Assembly: GCA_023245145.1 (NCBI GenBank)
Contig: JAHFKW010000002.1
Span: forward strand, 54,601-118,600
DNA: 64,000 nucleotides
Source: Candidatus Staskawiczbacteria bacterium
GTDB taxonomy: Bacteria > Patescibacteriota > Minisyncoccia > Minisyncoccales > Staskawiczbacteraceae
Reading direction: 5' to 3'
A model generated the notes under the pieces. That model was not told the DNA's origin and did not search any database. It saw nothing but the letters and a program-made list of their open reading frames with translations. Of this stretch, positions 37,310-47,058 are shown piece after piece; positions within the stretch are counted from its first letter, which is position 1, and each line of letters begins with the position of its first letter. The translations under genes and the position numbers were made by a program.

Positions 37310-38323
37310 TCAAGAATTCAAATACTTCGAAATGGAACTGGTGTGCTCCTCGTAAGTCTTACTGAAAATGGTTTTGCCGTTACCCGAAGCCGACAAATAG
37401 AACCAATATTCTGTCTTAATGGGGTTAATGGCGGCCATCAAACTCTCCAGGCCCGGATTGGAAATAGGCCCCAATGGCAAGCCGTAATATTTATAGGTGT
37501 TATAGCGCGAATCAATTTTACTGTCGGCCAAGGTCACTCGAGAATCACTCTTGCCTGTCGCATAATTAACCGTGGAATCCAACTGCAAAGGCATGCCAGT
37601 GACAATACGTTTCCATAAAATCCCCGCCACCATTTTTTTATCAATTAAAGTGGGAACTTCTTTTTCCAAAATGGAAGCCATAGTCACTACTTGATAAATT
37701 GACCGTTTGTCAGCCGTGATTTTTTTACGTAACTCTGGTGTCAATTTTTTTCCAAAATTATTTAATGCCAAAGTCAAAAAGTCCTTGGCCGAACTTTCCA
37801 CCGGCACATAATAAGTATCAGGAAAAATGTAGCCCTCCAAACCCATACCTTTCGGCTTACTGTACAAAAAGTCAAACTCTTTAGAAAAATCCATTTTCAA
37901 TGCCTTATTAAATTCTTCCCTTGTATAAAACTTTTTTTCTTCCAAATAGTCAGCCATATCTGTTACATCCCAGCCTTCCAAGATCTTAATTTTATGTTTT
38001 GCTACATCCCCTGTCGCCATTTTTTTAACCAACGCGGCAATGGACATAGACGGTGAAATATCATACAACCCGGCTTGCAATCTAGCACTTTGGCCGGTCA
38101 GCAACGCATAGGCATTAAACCAAAAACTACTTTTAATTATCTTTTCATCTTTTAAATCTTGAGCAATTTTGGTACCGCCCAAACCGGCTTTGGCACTGTA
38201 AAAAATAGTTTCACTGGCACCAAAATCTCGAGGCACGTAAATTTGCCAAGCCGAAATTAAAAGCACCACCGCCACAAAGATAGCCAGCCCAGTAATGATT
38301 TTTTTCTTTAAATTTTGATCCAT
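37310..38323 (-). CDS. mltG: endolytic murein transglycosylase MltG (YceG-like)
   Basis: N-terminal TM helix, ASILEKE, and LQLDSTVNYA...YNTYKYYGLPLGPISNPG. Confidence 0.85.
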   Translation of the reverse strand: MDQNLKKKIITGLAIFVAVVLLISAWQIYVPRDFGASETIFYSAKAGLGGTKIAQDLKDEKIIKSSFWFNAYALLTGQSARLQAGLYDISPSMSIAALVKKMATGDVAKHKIKILEGWDVTDMADYLEEKKFYTREEFNKALKMDFSKEFDFLYSKPKGMGLEGYIFPDTYYVPVESSAKDFLTLALNNFGKKLTPELRKKITADKRSIYQVVTMASILEKEVPTLIDKKMVAGILWKRIVTGMPLQLDSTVNYATGKSDSRVTLADSKIDSRYNTYKYYGLPLGPISNPGLESLMAAINPIKTEYWFYLSASGNGKTIFSKTYEEHTSSISKYLNS

Positions 38324-38372
38324 GGTTTTACTTTAACATAAATTAACACTTTTGTTCATTTTAGCAACTATA

Positions 38373-39017
38373 TTATATTTTCTTTTTTAATGAAAAGATA
38401 TAAGCGATACCATCAATCTTCTGAAATTCGGCAACTTCCATATTACATTCCTCGGCTAATGCTTCAAATGATTTTTTTTGAAACTGCTCTGATGAATTCG
38501 CCCCTATTTTCTCATTGAAAATAACCCTTGTGCCCTCTACTTTATCAATAGGCACACTAATAATTTTATACATTTCCATTCTTGCGGGTAGAGCATCTTC
38601 AGAATAAACACTAATAATTACTTTTCCGCTATCTTTAACTACACGATACATTTCTTTTAATGCTTTGATTTTATTTTCCCCAAAATTAACTAGTGTCATC
38701 AACAAAATAACAGTATTAAATGATTCATCATCAAAAGGAAGATCAAACGCATCGGCAAGTAGAATATTTGAAGCAACAATAGGCAATCTGCTTTTAGTAG
38801 TTGCTATTGCCTTTTCATCATTATCAATACCGAAAACATCAGCAGTAATTGGTAAAATGGTTTCTATATTCCTACCATTGCCACAACCAATATCTAAAAC
38901 TTTTGAATCTTTTTCTATGTGGCTGATTAAAAACTCCTTTTCAGAATCTAAAAGTTTTTTATATGTTGGTGTGGGATTTCGCACTATTTTTTCCCAGTAA
39001 TCTGTATTTGTATTCAT
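38373..39017 (-). CDS. class I SAM-dependent methyltransferase
   Basis: Motif I VLDIGCGNGRN and post-I/II spacing typical of the Methyltransf_11/25 type. Confidence 0.75.
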   Translation of the reverse strand: MNTNTDYWEKIVRNPTPTYKKLLDSEKEFLISHIEKDSKVLDIGCGNGRNIETILPITADVFGIDNDEKAIATTKSRLPIVASNILLADAFDLPFDDESFNTVILLMTLVNFGENKIKALKEMYRVVKDSGKVIISVYSEDALPARMEMYKIISVPIDKVEGTRVIFNEKIGANSSEQFQKKSFEALAEECNMEVAEFQKIDGIAYIFSLKKKI

Positions 39018-39076
39018 GCTAGTTTTTAAAATATTCTTTGAGCATTGTCATTAATGTTGTTCTGCCCCGATTGGTT

Positions 39077-39316
39077 TTAATTACTTAAAAAGTGTTTATT
39101 TAGAAATGCCCTCCCAGATCCTGATTTTAAATATCTCTCAAAGTTAAAAGCTTTATATTTATCCTCTATGGCAATATAAAAGTTTAAACTCACGGGTAAA
39201 ACTTTAGCGGTTGTAGGAACCTCTCCTTTTTTATGTCTTCCCATTCTATCCTTAAGGTTATTTGTACATCCTATATAGTAACCTATTTTACACTTTAGAT
39301 TGTATACATAGTACAT
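39077..39316 (-). CDS. GIY-YIG domain protein
   Basis: MYYVYNLKC..GYYIGCTNNLKDRMGRH (GIY...YIG...R...H/N pattern); 79 aa. Confidence 0.7.
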   Translation of the reverse strand: MYYVYNLKCKIGYYIGCTNNLKDRMGRHKKGEVPTTAKVLPVSLNFYIAIEDKYKAFNFERYLKSGSGRAFLNKHFLSN

Positions 39317-39528
39317 ATTGAAATCCCGCCTTCGCGAATCTTCTAGCAGGCTTTGCCTTGCCGAAGCTTCGCTATGGCGAAGCGAAGGCAGGAGATGTTA
39401 AACGAAGTGAGAATTTATTTTAGCACGCTAGATCGATACGATCCATTCCCGAATTTCAGCCTAATTACCACAAATAATAGCACAATTTGACGGTTTTTGG
39501 TAGCATTCGCTAACAAAACACTTTTCTA

Positions 39529-39569
39529 TAAAAAAACAAGGCTTGCAGAGAACGAATCCTCCGCAAGCC
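39529..39569 (-). terminator. intrinsic terminator ending the GC-rich four-gene cassette
   Basis: ggcttgc / gcaagcc stem, with ttgttttttta following on the minus strand. Confidence 0.7.
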
Positions 39570-39585
39570 CATTGACCCACTCCTC

Positions 39586-39933
39586 CTAATGAAAGGCGGA
39601 GAAAAACGCATCGACCAAGGTGACCCAGACGAAGCCTTTCATACCCGGAGGCAGAAGACCTTGAACGGCCGCCGCCATGTCGTCAGTGCGAAGCTGACCC
39701 GTCAAGATGCGAGCTTCAAACTTCGTGGCGATGATCAAGACATCGAGGTCACCCTCCACGACGTTGAACTGCGAATCCTGAACCCGGATTGAGATGTCAG
39801 CGGGTGTCAGCTCCGTGAGGTGATTTTCGGGCACGGTGAGGTGCTCAGCCACAATGGCTGGCAGCTTTGCCACCACCTCCCTGAGTAACTCGTCGCCAAC
39901 CTTGGCAGAACGACAGAGAAGCACGACTGGCAT
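39586..39933 (-). CDS. hypothetical protein, possible tautomerase-superfamily fold (Met-Pro N-terminus, two beta-alpha-beta units)
   Basis: 115 aa; MPVVLLCRS...GDELLREVVAKLPAIVAEHL...ISIRVQD, then DVLIIATKF...MAAAVQGLL...GFVWVTLVD. SD aaagga upstream. GC-rich. Confidence 0.3.
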   Translation of the reverse strand: MPVVLLCRSAKVGDELLREVVAKLPAIVAEHLTVPENHLTELTPADISIRVQDSQFNVVEGDLDVLIIATKFEARILTGQLRTDDMAAAVQGLLPPGMKGFVWVTLVDAFFSAFH

Positions 39934-39936
39934 GGT

Positions 39937-40254
39937 TTATTCCTTTCTGGTTAAAGTAGGTGTTCGAAAAAGATCAGCTCGAAATGGTTTGGCAGTTCCA
40001 TTCGCTTGGTAGCGTGATTGAACTTGCCAATTTGATAGTTCGGCTATTTTGGCTTCCAACGCCTCCTCTGTCCGAGCCATCAACACGAGCTTGATGACCG
40101 CTTTGCCATCGATGATTTCGGAGTCCCAAACCAAGGTTGCTTGGTCGGGTTGGTAGGCTTCATGCACCACGACAGTCAAAGTCGCAATGCCAAGCAGAGC
40201 CAGAAAACCAATAACAACTGTGGCCACAGTTTTTCCATCTGGAGATGGAATCAT
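39937..40254 (-). CDS. small membrane-anchored hypothetical protein
   Basis: 105 aa; TM helix TVATVVIGFLALLGIATLTVVV; strong SD aaggaga upstream. Confidence 0.55.
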   Translation of the reverse strand: MIPSPDGKTVATVVIGFLALLGIATLTVVVHEAYQPDQATLVWDSEIIDGKAVIKLVLMARTEEALEAKIAELSNWQVQSRYQANGTAKPFRADLFRTPTLTRKE

Positions 40255-40289
40255 ATTGCTCTCCTTTCTGAAAATGATTGAACTGTCGA

Positions 40290-40583
40290 TTACTCGAGAA
40301 TCTTTTTCACTTCCACTTGGATTTTCTCCTTATCAGAACCGATACTCCAAGTTTGATGTTCAAGATTGAAACGGATTTCCCGAATCAACGTGCCACCGAC
40401 GTAGATTTGCAAGTATTTCCTGTCGTCGTAGTCAGTCGCCAAAAAGCGACTTACCACATGCACCTCTTCGCAGAAATACTTGTAGTGCTTGTTGAGCAGT
40501 GGCTCTCCTTGGATTGGTGTGATTTGCACCAGATCACCAACACATGGGACTTCGGGCGGAAAAACTGATTCAAGCATGATCAA
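40290..40583 (-). CDS. hypothetical protein
   Basis: 97 aa; SD ggag upstream; first gene behind the 40693-40721 promoter and an ~110-nt structured leader. Confidence 0.55.
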   Translation of the reverse strand: MIMLESVFPPEVPCVGDLVQITPIQGEPLLNKHYKYFCEEVHVVSRFLATDYDDRKYLQIYVGGTLIREIRFNLEHQTWSIGSDKEKIQVEVKKILE

Positions 40584-40692
40584 GCTCCGTGTAACTAGTA
40601 AAAGAACTCCTCTAGCTTCGTCGTTTCTGACTCCCTAGCAAGAGCAACGCACTCTTACAACGGGGTCGATACGGGGAAGTATCGATGCCACT

Positions 40693-40721
40693 ATTCTACT
40701 ATTTTTATAAGATAATGTCAA
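40693..40721 (-). promoter_or_regulatory. near-consensus sigma70 promoter
   Basis: Minus strand: TTGACA (40716-21), 17-nt spacer, TAGAAT (40693-98). Confidence 0.6.
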
Positions 40722-40788
40722 TATTTTAATTTTGGCAAATAATAAAAAAGCACACCACATCCCGAGGGATTGATGTGCTAAAGACTCT

Positions 40789-41436
40789 TTAGAGCCATTC
40801 GATATTATCGCAGTCGATCACGGGTGGAAGTTTAACATCAGGGCTACTCGTCCATTTCTGGGCAATCCTTTCTTCCTTGATACTGCAGTCCATTCCTCCA
40901 CCAGCTTCCTTGAGATACTTGGTGAGTATGGGAAGCAGTTGATAGATTTGCTTTCGCAAACCCGACATCGTGTAAACACGCCTGATGCCCTTGGGCGTGG
41001 GGAGTTGACCCATGTAAAGTCCCATCGCCTCGAGAGCATCGAACAACCTCGCGTCAGACTGGTCGCGCAGGAGGGAGACATGAATCTCATCCTGCTTGAA
41101 CTGACCGGGTAAAAGATTTTTCATGCTCACTTTGAATGGCAGAGGGACAGAGTGGTCAAAGGGTTTAAACGTGATGTCCTCGTCGCTGGGAATGAACTCA
41201 CCCTCAATGTATCCTTTCAGGCCTTTTGAGCTGTCTGCATATTCTTCGAGTGCCTTGAACACATCGAAGAACTCCACGGGAGATGTGGTTTTGTAGGTCA
41301 GATGGGTGTTGGGTTCCCAGCTGTCATGGCCGGGCTCATGGAGAAAATTGTTCACCCAGAACCCAACTTCCAAAACGTGTTGCTTGAAATCGGGCGTCAT
41401 TTCTTCGGCATCAATGTGAATGTGCCACATGGTCAT
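40789..41436 (-). CDS. hypothetical protein (start trimmed to MTMWHIHIDAEE...)
   Basis: aggagac lies 5 nt upstream of the ATG at 41436. The 22-codon extension in the track ORF lacks an RBS. An imperfect hairpin plus T-run lies downstream at about 40750-40785. Confidence 0.6.
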   Translation of the reverse strand: MTMWHIHIDAEEMTPDFKQHVLEVGFWVNNFLHEPGHDSWEPNTHLTYKTTSPVEFFDVFKALEEYADSSKGLKGYIEGEFIPSDEDITFKPFDHSVPLPFKVSMKNLLPGQFKQDEIHVSLLRDQSDARLFDALEAMGLYMGQLPTPKGIRRVYTMSGLRKQIYQLLPILTKYLKEAGGGMDCSIKEERIAQKWTSSPDVKLPPVIDCDNIEWL

Positions 41437-41511
41437 AGTCGTCTCCTTTTGTTTGTGTGCTACACGAAGATTGTAAAAGGGCTGGTTGCTCATCCAGAAT
41501 GACAAAACCTG

Positions 41512-41545
41512 TTGACAAGGTCAAGTGTTTCACATATAATGTGAA
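41512..41545 (+). promoter_or_regulatory. perfect-consensus sigma70 promoter with 7-3-7 inverted repeat over the -10
   Basis: TTGACA (41512-17), 17 nt, TATAAT (41535-40). ttcacat-ata-atgtgaa (41529-45) is a perfect inverted repeat. Confidence 0.65.
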
Positions 41546-41587
41546 GAAAGAGTAAATTATTGAGACAAGTCATTAAAAAGTTTCACT

Positions 41588-42316
41588 ATGAAGATATTAA
41601 GAGAGATAGGCCTCACTGAACGTGAGTCACAAATTTATGAACTATTGTTACGGCTTGGAGAGTCGCCAGTTTCGGCTATTTTGAAAGCGACTGGAATACA
41701 CCCTCAAGTCGCCTATCGCGTAATTGATAGCCTTGTAAACAAGGGATTAGTCATAAACGCACGTCGAAACAATCGAACTTTTGTGAGCGCGGAAAATCCA
41801 AAGCGGTTGGAGAGAATAGAAGAAGATAGACTACATAAAATCCGCGAAGCGATTCCTGAGTTAATCGCGCTACAAAAGGCATCAAAAGATACTGTTGTCA
41901 GAGTTTCAAGAGGCGATGATGCTGTTAGGGCTTTGCGTTCTCGTGGCGTAGATGAACTAAAAAGGAATGCCACCTATTACATTATTGGTGGCTCTGGTGA
42001 CCGATATTACAAGGTTATGGGTTCACGCTACGAAGAAATTGAGCGCAAGAGAATCAAAAAGAAAATACATAAAAAACTCATCACTTTTTTAAGTCAGAAA
42101 AACCAGTTAGATAAAAATGATACGTTTAGGGAAATGGCAGAATTTAGATACCTGCCAAATGATTACCCTGTCGGGTCAAGCACTAATATTTTTGGCAATA
42201 CGGTTGCTATCATAATTTGGGCGGCTGATCCCGTAGTTATTACCATTGAAAGTGAGGAGGTGGCTGAGAGCTATAAAAAGTATTTTAATGTGTTGTGGCA
42301 GATTGCGCAGGCGTAA
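41588..42316 (+). CDS. TrmB-family winged-helix transcriptional regulator
   Basis: The N-terminus LREIGLTERESQIYELLLRLGESPVSAILKATGIHPQVAYRVIDSLVNKGLV is the TrmB-type wHTH; 242 aa. Confidence 0.7.
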   Translation: MKILREIGLTERESQIYELLLRLGESPVSAILKATGIHPQVAYRVIDSLVNKGLVINARRNNRTFVSAENPKRLERIEEDRLHKIREAIPELIALQKASKDTVVRVSRGDDAVRALRSRGVDELKRNATYYIIGGSGDRYYKVMGSRYEEIERKRIKKKIHKKLITFLSQKNQLDKNDTFREMAEFRYLPNDYPVGSSTNIFGNTVAIIIWAADPVVITIESEEVAESYKKYFNVLWQIAQA

Positions 42317-42754
42317 TGCATCAGCACCCCACCCGTGTCGCACCAGTTTAGCCCGTGTGACGAGATGTTAGCGAACTTGAGCATAATTAGGCAGCTTCAG
42401 CCACCGGGGCAATATGAGGGCGTGTGGCAAAATTGAATCAATTTTAATCACCAAGTGGTAAATTGGCTTGGCAAAGCGAAAAATGGTATAATACAGGTAG
42501 AAAGGCAAAATTAAACGTCAACCACCGCCAATTCGAGAGGAACAGGAGACAGCAAAGCAGAATTAGAAAAGCAAGAAAAAACCATCTAGGATTTGACCCT
42601 GAAATCAATGCAATCCGACCATGATCAATCCCTATTTGGCGCACATTAAGATTAAAGAATTAAAAAGCCGAAAATGAAGCTATTTTGGCTCAAATAATTG
42701 GCACTTACCGCATCTACCAATGCGGATTTTCCTTAATGATTTCGGCAACTAAAA

Positions 42755-43324
42755 ATGTTTCAAAGGGTGCTACTTTTTGGGAGGGGCAAAGAGGTCGTGG
42801 AGAACCAAGATTCCATCAGTATTTTTGAATTGAATAAGTGTTCAGAGTCTTGGGAACGGAACCTACAGTTCGTGGGTCCAAGAATCTTTAAACTCGGTAA
42901 CACGAGAGCGAGGCTCATCAATGACCCTCACTGGCACGATTGGTATCTGGAATTACAGGAACCGTGGGAGGGATGCGACAATACTGCCATTACAATTGTT
43001 AAAACACCCTGTCACTACGGCGGCTACCGTGAATGGTTTGAGTGTCCTAAATGCAACAAGCGAGCTGGGATTCTGTATCGAGCGGAAGACGAATTCAAGT
43101 GCCGCAAGTGCCTCAACCTTAACTATCAATCACAAAAACAAAACTACCGCACGATTGCGCCAATCATACGGCGCTGGAGGAAGTTTGAAGATATGAAACG
43201 GCCAAGGAGTTATAATTTCTACAAAGGAAAAATTACCAAACGTGCCAAGAGGTATTGGGAGCAACGAGAAAAAGTGGAGTTTGGGATGAATTTCTTAGCC
43301 GATAAGTTCGCGTATGAAGCGTAA
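42755..43324 (+). CDS. zinc-ribbon hypothetical protein
   Basis: CHYGGYREWFECPKCNKRAGILYRAEDEFKCRKCLNLNY contains two CxxC pairs; basic C-terminus; 189 aa. Confidence 0.55.
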   Translation: MFQRVLLFGRGKEVVENQDSISIFELNKCSESWERNLQFVGPRIFKLGNTRARLINDPHWHDWYLELQEPWEGCDNTAITIVKTPCHYGGYREWFECPKCNKRAGILYRAEDEFKCRKCLNLNYQSQKQNYRTIAPIIRRWRKFEDMKRPRSYNFYKGKITKRAKRYWEQREKVEFGMNFLADKFAYEA

Positions 43325-43534
43325 TTTAATACGCTATAATTTTATTATGCAGTGTGAGAAGCTGCTTTTTTTTGCATCAAACTAAGTTCTGGGGTATTCT
43401 CTACTCCCTCGTATGATGCGTTCAGAACGCTAAATTGGGAAAAGTTAAGGGTAGAAATGAATGTTTTAAGTAATATTTGACCCTGCTTGCAATTTTATTT
43501 TAAAAGGCGCAAAATTAGGGCACTAAATTGAAAC

Positions 43535-46500
43535 ATGGTAAGTGGGAATACACCTAATTTTAACGAATCGATTACGCCAAAGCCTTTTAATTTTGGCGAT
43601 AATCAAAAACAGAAATCCATTCATGAAAGACTGGGGCGGCTTGTTGGTCCCGGTCCCGCTGCTTTCTACAAAGACGCTTGTAGGCATATAACAATAGCCC
43701 CTCCATTTGAATCCTCTACTCATATTGTTGGTCATTTGGTGAGGGAAATAGAAAGTGCTCTAAGAGACGTTTTGGAGTCCATTAGCGACGAACCGGCAAA
43801 AACCCAAAAAAAGGAAGAACATAAACAAGAAATTATTGTTATTCTTAAGGCGCTTGAAATTCCCGAGCAGGATCCGATTGCGCAGGCGTGGATTAGCCTT
43901 GCAGGCGAAGATGGTTTACCAAAACGCGCCCACAGAGACAACTTAGAAGTGGCACGCCCTATTGATAAGGAATACCTTGAATTTTGGACCCAAATGGAAG
44001 TTATTCTTGATGTAGTATTGGATAAATTTGAAGGTCAGTATGTTAAGGTTTTTGCCCTATTGGATGCTCTTGCACAAAAACTTGATCCTACAGCAGAAGA
44101 TGCCAAAATAATTCATTTGCATGTGCCAAATAACCTTGTTGCTCACCAAAGATTTTTTGGCCAGCTAGCTAATCCCAAATGGCTACCTTTTTTAAATACA
44201 CAAGGCTTATTTTCTGACCCACCAAAGGTTGAGCAAGATCCCGAGAGCGGTGGAGTTAGACATTTGCCATGGCCAGCTTTATTTTATTTAGAAAAAATAG
44301 CACCGACCAATCCGGATCTTGTAACAGAAATTTTATTGGCAGTTAAGGACACAGAAAACTCAAGCGTAAAAAGAGATTTACTCAAAATTACGGCTATTCT
44401 CCCAAAGGAAAAAAAGTTATTACTTACAGCAAAGATTGGATCTTGGCTACAAACAAGTAATTCATTTTTTCAATACGGACTAATCGAGCCAGGCAGTGCT
44501 CTAATGAAGGGCTTTACTGAAGATGGCGAAGAAGAATTTGCTTTTGAGATTGCGAAAAGATTTTTAGAAATCCTTCCAGATCCTCAACCGCCCCAGGGAG
44601 ACGATTTTTATACTCCTGATTCCAGACCAACAACAAGATTGGAGTCCTGGTATTATCAAAAATTCTTAAATGAAGATTTTCGGAAACTTATCACGGTCAA
44701 TCCAAAAAAGTCCTTTGTTTTTGTTTGCGACCTGCTGGTTAATTATCTAAAACTCGAGAGGCAAAACAAGAGCCAGGAAGATAAGGAATATTATAGGGAT
44801 TACTCATACATCAAAAGGCCAGCGGTAGAAAATCATGAACAAAATCACGATCGGGATGACACAGAAAATCTACTTATTAATGCTATCCGTGACATTGGTT
44901 TGCAGGTAGTTCAACTAAATTCCCAGGAATTGAAATGGGTTATATTAGAACTGGAAGCCAGAAAGTGGGGTATTTTCAAAAGAATAGCTATACACTTTTT
45001 GGGTCAATGGCCGGAAGCGGAAAGAGATTTGACCGCCAAATATCTCACAGATGAATCCTTATTTAATGAATCTGATTTTCAGCATGAACAGGGTCAGTTA
45101 ATGAATAAGGGATTTAAGCTACTAGACACAAAAGAACAAAATACGATACTAGAATGGATTGAAAATGCCCAAGAAGCTCGCGATTTCATTGAAGTCAGAA
45201 AAAAAGAAACTTCCGTTACACCCGCGCAGGAAAAAAAGAAAATAAATGCTTGGCAGAGAGATCAGCTTTTTTATATGAAAAACGACCTGCCAGAAGAATG
45301 GAAGAAGCGGTATGCGGAATTTGCACTAGAGTATGGAGAGCCAGAACACCCAGATTTTCCCACCTATATGACTAGTTGGGTTGGTCCCACTAGCGAAGTT
45401 AATTCTCAAGAGTTAGTCGAGATGGATGCACAAAATATTATCAAGCTCCTTAAAACCTGGATACCTAAAGATGAAGTTCATGGCTTTGGTTCCACAAAAG
45501 AAGGGTTAGGACGTGAATTGACCTTAGCAATAAAGGCTAAACCAGATAAATTCGAGGATTTAGTAGAGGAATTCAAAGATCTAGATCCCACATATGTTAG
45601 AGCTTACGTTCAAGCTTTTAGCGAATTAATCCAAGGTAATTACCAATTAAGTTGGGCGAGAATTCTTGACCTCTGTTTTTGGGTTGTTCAACAGCCAAGA
45701 GCAATAATAGACAGGAAAAGCAAAGGCTTGGATCAGGATCCCGACTGGGGCTGGTGTCGAAGAACAATCGCATCACTTCTTTCACGAGGGCTGAATGATG
45801 GCAGCATACCATTTGAACTAAGAGAGACTGTTTGGAAAATTATTGAGCCCTTGACTCAGGATCCTGATCCTAGACCAGAAGATGAAAGTAAACGGGAAGA
45901 ACAAAGCGATGATGCATACACAGATGCCATTAATCGCACAAGAGGGGAAGCTATGAATGCAACTGTAGAATATGCCTTATGGACTCATCGATCTATTGAA
46001 AAAGAAATCGATGGCAAAGAGAAACTAAAGGAAGGATTTAATTTGATGCCTGAGGTAAGAATTGTGCTTGAATGGCACTTAAAGGCTCAAAATGACCCAT
46101 CGAGAGCAGTGCGTTCGATTTACGGGAGATTTTTGCCGTGGCTCATGCTTATCGATAGAAAATGGGTTTTGGAAAATATCGATAAGATTCTGCCCCCAGG
46201 CCAATTTGAAGATCGGCTTTATATCGCAGCGTGGAATACATTAATGTTATACGTTCCAGTTTACAATGACCCTTTTGATTTATTAAAAGATCGCTATCAG
46301 GAGGCAATTCAAAATTTGGGTAAAATCGATAAAAAGAGAACGAGACACATAGATAGAGACGAAAGAGTTGTTGAGCATTTAATGCTTCAATATGGAAGGG
46401 GTAAAATTGAACTAAATGAACCACTTTTGGTGAGCTTTTGGAAATTAGCAGATGATAAATTACGAGGCCATGCCATCGGTTTTATAGGTAGAGGATTGCG

Positions 46501-46972
46501 AAGCGAAAAAGAGGAGATAGATCCGAAAACATATGTAAGAATGAAGGCACTATGGGAAAGTCGTCTAAATGAAGCCAAGTCTGCTGAAAATAAAGCAGAT
46601 TACAAAGAAGAAATGTCCGCCTTCGGATGGTGGTTCATCTCTAATAAATTTGAAGATAAGTGGTTATGTGAACAATATTCGGAAGCCTTAGAGATTGGGA
46701 AGAATATCCAACTGGACTACGTTGTTCTTGAGCGATTAGCTGAAATAAGTAAGAGTTTACCCGCTGAGGCTTTGAATATTTTAGCTAAACTAGTTTTATC
46801 GGATCAACCCGGGTGGGCTGTAATTGGCAATAAAGGGGAAATAGTTCAGATTCTGACCATTGCCTTAGCTTCGCCGGAAAAAAATGCTCAAGTTATCGCC
46901 ACTGAACTTATAAATCGTTTAGTATCTAGGGGTCACGCAGAATTTAATGACTTGCTACAAAAAAACCGCTAA
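43535..46972 (+). CDS. 1145-aa all-helical (HEAT/ARM-like) protein of unknown function
   Basis: Longest ORF in the window. I found no P-loop, nuclease or peptidase motif by eye. The C-terminus looks like helical repeats (LERLAEISKSLPAEALNILAKLVLSD...). The start codon is uncertain because there is no RBS. Confidence 0.65.
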   Translation: MVSGNTPNFNESITPKPFNFGDNQKQKSIHERLGRLVGPGPAAFYKDACRHITIAPPFESSTHIVGHLVREIESALRDVLESISDEPAKTQKKEEHKQEIIVILKALEIPEQDPIAQAWISLAGEDGLPKRAHRDNLEVARPIDKEYLEFWTQMEVILDVVLDKFEGQYVKVFALLDALAQKLDPTAEDAKIIHLHVPNNLVAHQRFFGQLANPKWLPFLNTQGLFSDPPKVEQDPESGGVRHLPWPALFYLEKIAPTNPDLVTEILLAVKDTENSSVKRDLLKITAILPKEKKLLLTAKIGSWLQTSNSFFQYGLIEPGSALMKGFTEDGEEEFAFEIAKRFLEILPDPQPPQGDDFYTPDSRPTTRLESWYYQKFLNEDFRKLITVNPKKSFVFVCDLLVNYLKLERQNKSQEDKEYYRDYSYIKRPAVENHEQNHDRDDTENLLINAIRDIGLQVVQLNSQELKWVILELEARKWGIFKRIAIHFLGQWPEAERDLTAKYLTDESLFNESDFQHEQGQLMNKGFKLLDTKEQNTILEWIENAQEARDFIEVRKKETSVTPAQEKKKINAWQRDQLFYMKNDLPEEWKKRYAEFALEYGEPEHPDFPTYMTSWVGPTSEVNSQELVEMDAQNIIKLLKTWIPKDEVHGFGSTKEGLGRELTLAIKAKPDKFEDLVEEFKDLDPTYVRAYVQAFSELIQGNYQLSWARILDLCFWVVQQPRAIIDRKSKGLDQDPDWGWCRRTIASLLSRGLNDGSIPFELRETVWKIIEPLTQDPDPRPEDESKREEQSDDAYTDAINRTRGEAMNATVEYALWTHRSIEKEIDGKEKLKEGFNLMPEVRIVLEWHLKAQNDPSRAVRSIYGRFLPWLMLIDRKWVLENIDKILPPGQFEDRLYIAAWNTLMLYVPVYNDPFDLLKDRYQEAIQNLGKIDKKRTRHIDRDERVVEHLMLQYGRGKIELNEPLLVSFWKLADDKLRGHAIGFIGRGLRSEKEEIDPKTYVRMKALWESRLNEAKSAENKADYKEEMSAFGWWFISNKFEDKWLCEQYSEALEIGKNIQLDYVVLERLAEISKSLPAEALNILAKLVLSDQPGWAVIGNKGEIVQILTIALASPEKNAQVIATELINRLVSRGHAEFNDLLQKNR

Positions 46973-47058
46973 TTGAAGGACAAAAATGACCTTAAAGCGG
47001 CGTGTGTGGCCTAAATTTGAACTGTGTGCAGGCTATTTTGTAAATCTTGGCAAAGGTA

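Noticed and set aside
39317-39420. GC-rich imperfect hairpin (gcttcgc-cata-gcgaagc with an outer tgcctt/aaggca stem) upstream of the GIY-YIG gene, considered as a tRNA fragment or att site.
   Set aside because: No cloverleaf can be drawn, and the ttgaaatcccgcc string lacks a matching T-stem partner. It is probably just a leader or REP-like hairpin.
39430-39465. Possible left-end att repeat: ccattccc and cccgaat strings resembling the tRNA-Trp 5' end and the 51845 region.
   Set aside because: The matches are only 7-8 nt, about what chance gives in windows of this size. The tRNA 3' half, which would be the expected repeat, is not duplicated. The left boundary remains undefined.
40818-41090. 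90-aa minus-strand ORF nested in another frame of the 40789-41436 gene.
   Set aside because: It is an Arg/Ser-rich alternative frame of a GC-rich gene, which is a typical overlapping-frame artefact.
42444-42644. 66-aa minus-strand ORF in the 440-bp spacer of the element.
   Set aside because: It has no RBS or promoter and an odd Leu/Phe/Cys-rich composition; probably non-coding. The spacer does contain a hairpin ccgcat/atgcgg (42709-42726), which I left unannotated.
43535-43990. N-terminus of the 1145-aa protein as a HEPN or DUF4145-type domain (HLVREIESALRDVL, KRAHRDNL).
   Set aside because: No clean Rx4-6H motif is present and my recollection of these families is not specific enough. It is left as unknown.
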